DNA from: Archaeoglobaceae archaeon | GTDB taxonomy: Archaea > Halobacteriota > Archaeoglobi > Archaeoglobales > JdFR-42 | Reading direction: 5' to 3' | Assembly (NCBI GenBank): GCA_015523685.1 | Contig: WAJW01000185.1 | Coordinates: 1 to 38,027, forward strand | DNA: 38,027 bases | In this document: positions 34,363 through 38,027 of the stretch, one piece after another | Layout of the letters: the number at the start of each line of letters is the position of its first letter | Position numbering within the stretch: position 1 is the stretch's first letter | Notes under the pieces: model-generated | What the model was told of the DNA's origin: nothing | The model's database searches: none | Seen by the model: the letters and a program-made list of their open reading frames with translations, nothing else | Translations under genes and position numbers: made by a program

Positions 34363-35216
34363 TTGAAATCATTGTGGATGGAATTCTGTTTGGATTGCAG
34401 TTATCACTTCTTGCTATAGGCATGGTACTGATATTCGGTCTCGGAGGTGTGCTGAATCTTGCCCACGGTGAATTCGTGATCATCACAGGAATAATCGCAG
34501 GATTGCTGATGGGCATGGGTTTCAACCCTCTTTTTGCCATAATTCTCGGAATCCTTACATCAGGCGGTGTGTGGGCAGTTCTTGACAGAACGCTTTTGAG
34601 ACCGGTTTACAGACTAACCGGGGAAATTGAGATTCTCGTGGGTCTGTTTCTGACCCTCGGTCTCGCTTCTGCAATTGACGGGGTTATATCGTATTTCTTT
34701 CCCGGGCTTTACTTTTCCATCGGAATTCCCATAGAAACCATAACGGTTCTTGGACTCAAATTCAGGGCATCGAGTATGATTGCAGGACTTGTGGCCATCA
34801 TCTCACTTTTACTGCTCCTTTATTTCCTGGGGCGAACGATGACCGGGAGGGCGATCAGAGCCATACTGCAGAACCAGACCGGAGCAAGGCTTTGCGGGAT
34901 AAACGTTGAGAACATCAGAACACTTGTCTTCTTCCTCGGAGGTATTATGGCGGGGCTTGCGAGCGTTGCTCAGGGTCTGAGCTCATCTGTGGACCCCGGC
35001 TCCGGACTTGAACTGACTTCCCTTGCCCTGATCGTAAGCGTGGTTGGGGGAGTCAGAAGCGTTTACGGTGCCATAATATCAGGTGTTCTCCTCGGCATTG
35101 TCAACTCTTTCGTGGGGTATTATGTTGGAACATATCTTGCCCTCATAATCCTGCTCGGCGTGGTAATCACGGTTGTACTCTTTAAACCAACAGGTCTGTT
35201 TGCCAGGAGTGTGTGA
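34359..35216 (+). CDS. livH: ABC transporter permease, LivH type
   Basis: ATGA overlap with livF. The N-terminus GILFGLQLSLLAIGMVLIFGLGGVLNLAHGEF is typical of LivH. About 8 hydrophobic helices. Confidence 0.85.
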   Translation: MIEIIVDGILFGLQLSLLAIGMVLIFGLGGVLNLAHGEFVIITGIIAGLLMGMGFNPLFAIILGILTSGGVWAVLDRTLLRPVYRLTGEIEILVGLFLTLGLASAIDGVISYFFPGLYFSIGIPIETITVLGLKFRASSMIAGLVAIISLLLLLYFLGRTMTGRAIRAILQNQTGARLCGINVENIRTLVFFLGGIMAGLASVAQGLSSSVDPGSGLELTSLALIVSVVGGVRSVYGAIISGVLLGIVNSFVGYYVGTYLALIILLGVVITVVLFKPTGLFARSV

Positions 35217-35217
35217 T

Positions 35218-36192
35218 ATGAAGACAAACACATTCAGAACAGAGCTTTCGGGTTACCTCCCCTTTGCCATGTTCATCGTTCTCGGTATCCTGCCCGTTGT
35301 TATAAAAAATCCCTATCAGCTAAGGGTTCTCACAAACATAGCGGTTTTCATTTCATTCACATACGCAGCAAACATCATCTTCGGGGAGAGCAGACAGCTA
35401 TTCCTGTGTATGAGTGCCCTTTCAGGCATGGGTGCATATACTTCAGGGATAATATCAATACATCTGGGAATAGACCCATGGATCACCCTTCTGGCCGGCA
35501 TACTCGTATCCACGGCAGTTGGGGCATTGCTGAGCTATGTTTCCGTTTCTCGAGGGCTGGGAGTCATATTTGTGGCAATAGTAACCCTCGCATTCACACT
35601 GATATTCGAGAATGCGGTGCTCGGGCTGAGAGAGCTTACGATGGGTGAAACCGGCCTTCTGATGCCCTCCCTCAGATGGCCACTGGAGAGTTTTATTGAC
35701 AGAAGACTTGCAAGTTTCTATACAATTCTGGTATTCTCAGCCTTTTCGGCCTTCATCTACTTCATTCTCGTTCGTTCAAAACTTGGAATAGGGCTAAGAG
35801 CGATGAGAAGCGACAGTGTGTCATCCGAGGCCATTGGAATAGATGTGACAAAGTACAACGTTATGGCAGCGAGCATCGGGTCCGCGATCCTCGGCCTCAA
35901 TGGCGGTCTTTACGCATATTTCCTGGGGATGTCATCTCCCGGGATTTTCTCCCCTTCCATGGACATAACCATATTCCTCATGCTAATTCTCGGGGGATTT
36001 GGCACCCTCTCTGGACCGATAATAGGCTCGATCGTTATTATTCTGATTCAGGAATTCACGAGGGGTCTTGGTCAGCTGACAATGACGTTTTTCGGGGTTC
36101 TGCTTGTCGTCCTGATCCTGATATTCAGGGAAGGTCTTTCATCCATACTGGAGAGAGCGGGAAGATATCTGAAATCACAGAGAGGTGCATGA
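35218..36192 (+). CDS. livM: ABC transporter permease, LivM type
   Basis: ATG at 35218, 1 nt after the livH stop. The ORF-track start 35173 lies inside livH. Polytopic, with the conserved-looking RAMRSDSVSSEAIGIDV loop. Confidence 0.85.
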   Translation: MKTNTFRTELSGYLPFAMFIVLGILPVVIKNPYQLRVLTNIAVFISFTYAANIIFGESRQLFLCMSALSGMGAYTSGIISIHLGIDPWITLLAGILVSTAVGALLSYVSVSRGLGVIFVAIVTLAFTLIFENAVLGLRELTMGETGLLMPSLRWPLESFIDRRLASFYTILVFSAFSAFIYFILVRSKLGIGLRAMRSDSVSSEAIGIDVTKYNVMAASIGSAILGLNGGLYAYFLGMSSPGIFSPSMDITIFLMLILGGFGTLSGPIIGSIVIILIQEFTRGLGQLTMTFFGVLLVVLILIFREGLSSILERAGRYLKSQRGA

Positions 36193-36362
36193 GGTTCATA
36201 TGACAGGAAACGGGCTTTTAACCTTTCGCACATTTGCAAAATCAGGTATAAATCGCCTCTGGCCTGTTTCATCATAAAATCCGATTTTCCCACTGTGTCA
36301 GAATTCCTCTTCCATCTGGATCAGGAGTGGAAGTGAAATTCAGAGTTTATTTCTTTGAAATA

Positions 36363-37052
36363 CTAAAAGGATTTTTCGATTCTCACGATTCTCTCCATTT
36401 CCATGGCAGAATGCCAGAAGATTATTGCAAGAATTAGATAGGCAAGGGCTATGAGCCCTTTGAATGCTCCTTCAGAATGCCCGTATGTTGCCATACTCAA
36501 ACCGGCAATAGCAGTGATCACTCTCAGACCCAGCGCAGGAAGATACAGATCCATTGGTTCCGGGAGAACTGCAACTATCTTCATGTATCTTTTCAGCATT
36601 AAAAGAAAGTAAAATGTGACCACCATAAATATGGTTGTAACAGCCTGAACAACAATCCAATCCAGATCAATTCTCTCCATGATCAGCCAGAAGATGGCGA
36701 AATACACAGCCATGTCCAGAAGTTTTTTCGAAACCCTGGGTCTGAACCCTGCACGATGAAGGGTAACGATTGAACTCAGCTCAACTATGAAAAAACCCGT
36801 CCAGACAAGCCCAACACCCAGTATCATGAATTCTCTGCTTATGTCATTTCTGAAAATGGAATGAACGATTCCAATCACGTACATATACAGAGTGATGAGA
36901 ACGAGTAAGGCTGCGTGCATTCTGGCGATATTTAACTGAGTGTTTATGAACCTTCTGACCTCTTCATCTTCGAGTATCATGCTCATCGTTAAAAAGGACA
37001 TGCCGAGAAGAGATGTTCCGAGACCCAGATATACCGGATTGGAATAGCTCAT
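36363..37052 (-). CDS. hypothetical polytopic membrane protein
   Basis: 229-aa ORF with about 7 hydrophobic segments and no recognisable family. Convergent with livM. Confidence 0.5.
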   Translation of the reverse strand: MSYSNPVYLGLGTSLLGMSFLTMSMILEDEEVRRFINTQLNIARMHAALLVLITLYMYVIGIVHSIFRNDISREFMILGVGLVWTGFFIVELSSIVTLHRAGFRPRVSKKLLDMAVYFAIFWLIMERIDLDWIVVQAVTTIFMVVTFYFLLMLKRYMKIVAVLPEPMDLYLPALGLRVITAIAGLSMATYGHSEGAFKGLIALAYLILAIIFWHSAMEMERIVRIEKSF

Positions 37053-37535
37053 GGCGGTTAATTAAAATGGACCAAATCGTATAATAAAATTTTGTTTGAA
37101 ATTAATGGTTCAGGGATGCGGTTATGTGAACTCCATACAAATTCCCTGTATCCTGAAATATGAGGGCCGGGATCTGAACCAGATGATGCCATGACCTTTG
37201 CCAAAATTGATAAAGGGAGGTAACTGCAGATAATAACTCTCATTCAGATCAATCGACGGGTTTTCAGATCCGTGTACAGGTAAGCCAGTTATAATCAGAT
37301 ATAAACCATACGGGTATGAATTCCGGGAAGAGATTCTCCGGGTAAATAAAGCCGGTAGAGATCTCAGGCATGACGGTGCGATGAAATGATGAGATGGAGG
37401 ATTTGTGGATAATTACTGCCTAATTCCTGCCATCCGTTTAAGAATTTATTCCCTTAAAGTTAGCGAATTAAGCCAGAAGATCAATTTTTCTTTATACCCG
37501 ATGCTGGAAAGATATTTTTTGTCCAACTCTTTTAA

Positions 37536-37574
37536 TACTTTCATAATCTCTGAAATTGATTATTACTTTCATAA
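37536..37574 (+). repeat. 11-bp direct repeat TACTTTCATAA (two copies, 28-bp period) in an AT-rich non-coding stretch
   Basis: Read directly. Copies are at 37536-37546 and 37564-37574. Function unknown. Confidence 0.3.
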
Positions 37575-37832
37575 CACTAATTAACTTTTAACTACTCTAA
37601 CTAATGCTTTTCTACTTGCGGTGGTGAGAGTTTCCAAAGGGTGTTAAAAAAACATATGCCTATTAAAAATGTGTCAAACTGGAAGAAATCACAGATATGG
37701 AGGTAAATGTATGGATTCACAGGCGGAAATGAGAGATTACAGGTTCAGAGCGAGCATTAAAACAGGAAAGAGAGGAGATCATGCGATAGCAATTGATGCA
37801 AGAAGATAGCTCTGAGAACAGCAATAGGGAAA

Positions 37833-37982
37833 ATGCAGGGTATGCACTACCTCAATTTAGACCAGATACAACTTGAGTTTGGAGAGGACTTGCTGATGGA
37901 CTGGTGGGAAGAGCTCATGTATTTTCTGCCTGCTGAGAGGGTTAGAAGGGCAATCCAGAGGTACTATGAGAAGATCATCTAA
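37833..37982 (+). CDS. possible small ORF (49 aa), hypothetical
   Basis: Hand translation: MQGMHYLNLDQIQLEFGEDLLMDWWEELMYFLPAERVRRAIQRYYEKII. No SD or family support. Below the ORF-track size cut-off. Confidence 0.2.
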   Translation: MQGMHYLNLDQIQLEFGEDLLMDWWEELMYFLPAERVRRAIQRYYEKII

Positions 37983-38027
37983 AAAATTTCTGAATACCAA
38001 AGCAACTCAAATCAACTCAAGAAACTC

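Noticed and set aside
37058-37243. 61-aa minus-strand ORF next to the membrane gene.
   Set aside because: It has no ribosome-binding site, no recognisable fold and ordinary intergenic composition. It is probably the promoter region of the 36363..37052 gene.

Overview
This is a densely packed archaeal chromosomal window of about 40 genes. Many neighbours overlap by 4 nt (ATGA/GTGA), several starts are TTG or GTG, and AT-rich TATA-like boxes sit about 25-45 nt upstream of operon starts.

Archaeal housekeeping markers are present: Sm-like protein plus ribosomal protein L37e, NAC, archaeal-size TIM, SepF, a ZPR1 zinc finger protein, a PUA protein, TrmI, SerS and PurF. There is also an sdhABCD operon. 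Two tetrahydromethanopterin-linked genes (beta-RFAP synthase MptG and a fused Fae-Hps) occur without any methanogenesis gene. I infer, without proof, an Archaeoglobi-like euryarchaeon.

The accessory content is concentrated in two places.

(1) 14.1-19.6 kb holds a hyuA-hyuB-acyl-CoA ligase operon. Its hyuB is broken by one frame change and one in-frame TGA.

(2) 23.6-36.2 kb is a molybdenum-hydroxylase island:
- [2Fe-2S], Mo and FAD subunits in hcrCAB/hbaBCD order, with a Cys-rich cluster-type insertion in the FAD subunit.
- A benzoate/4-hydroxybenzoate-CoA-ligase-like enzyme.
- Three cofactor-maturation genes: MocA, XdhC and a YqeB-like gene, the last being a marker of selenium-dependent Mo hydroxylases.
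- A Liv-type ABC importer whose binding protein has a twin-arginine signal, a lipobox and a Pro/Thr linker.

I read this island as an aryl-CoA (4-hydroxybenzoyl-CoA-type) uptake, activation and transformation module. It is the most interesting system in the window.

I found no rRNA, tRNA, CRISPR array, transposase or recognisable defence system by eye. All product calls rest on motif recognition from the translations, not on database searches.
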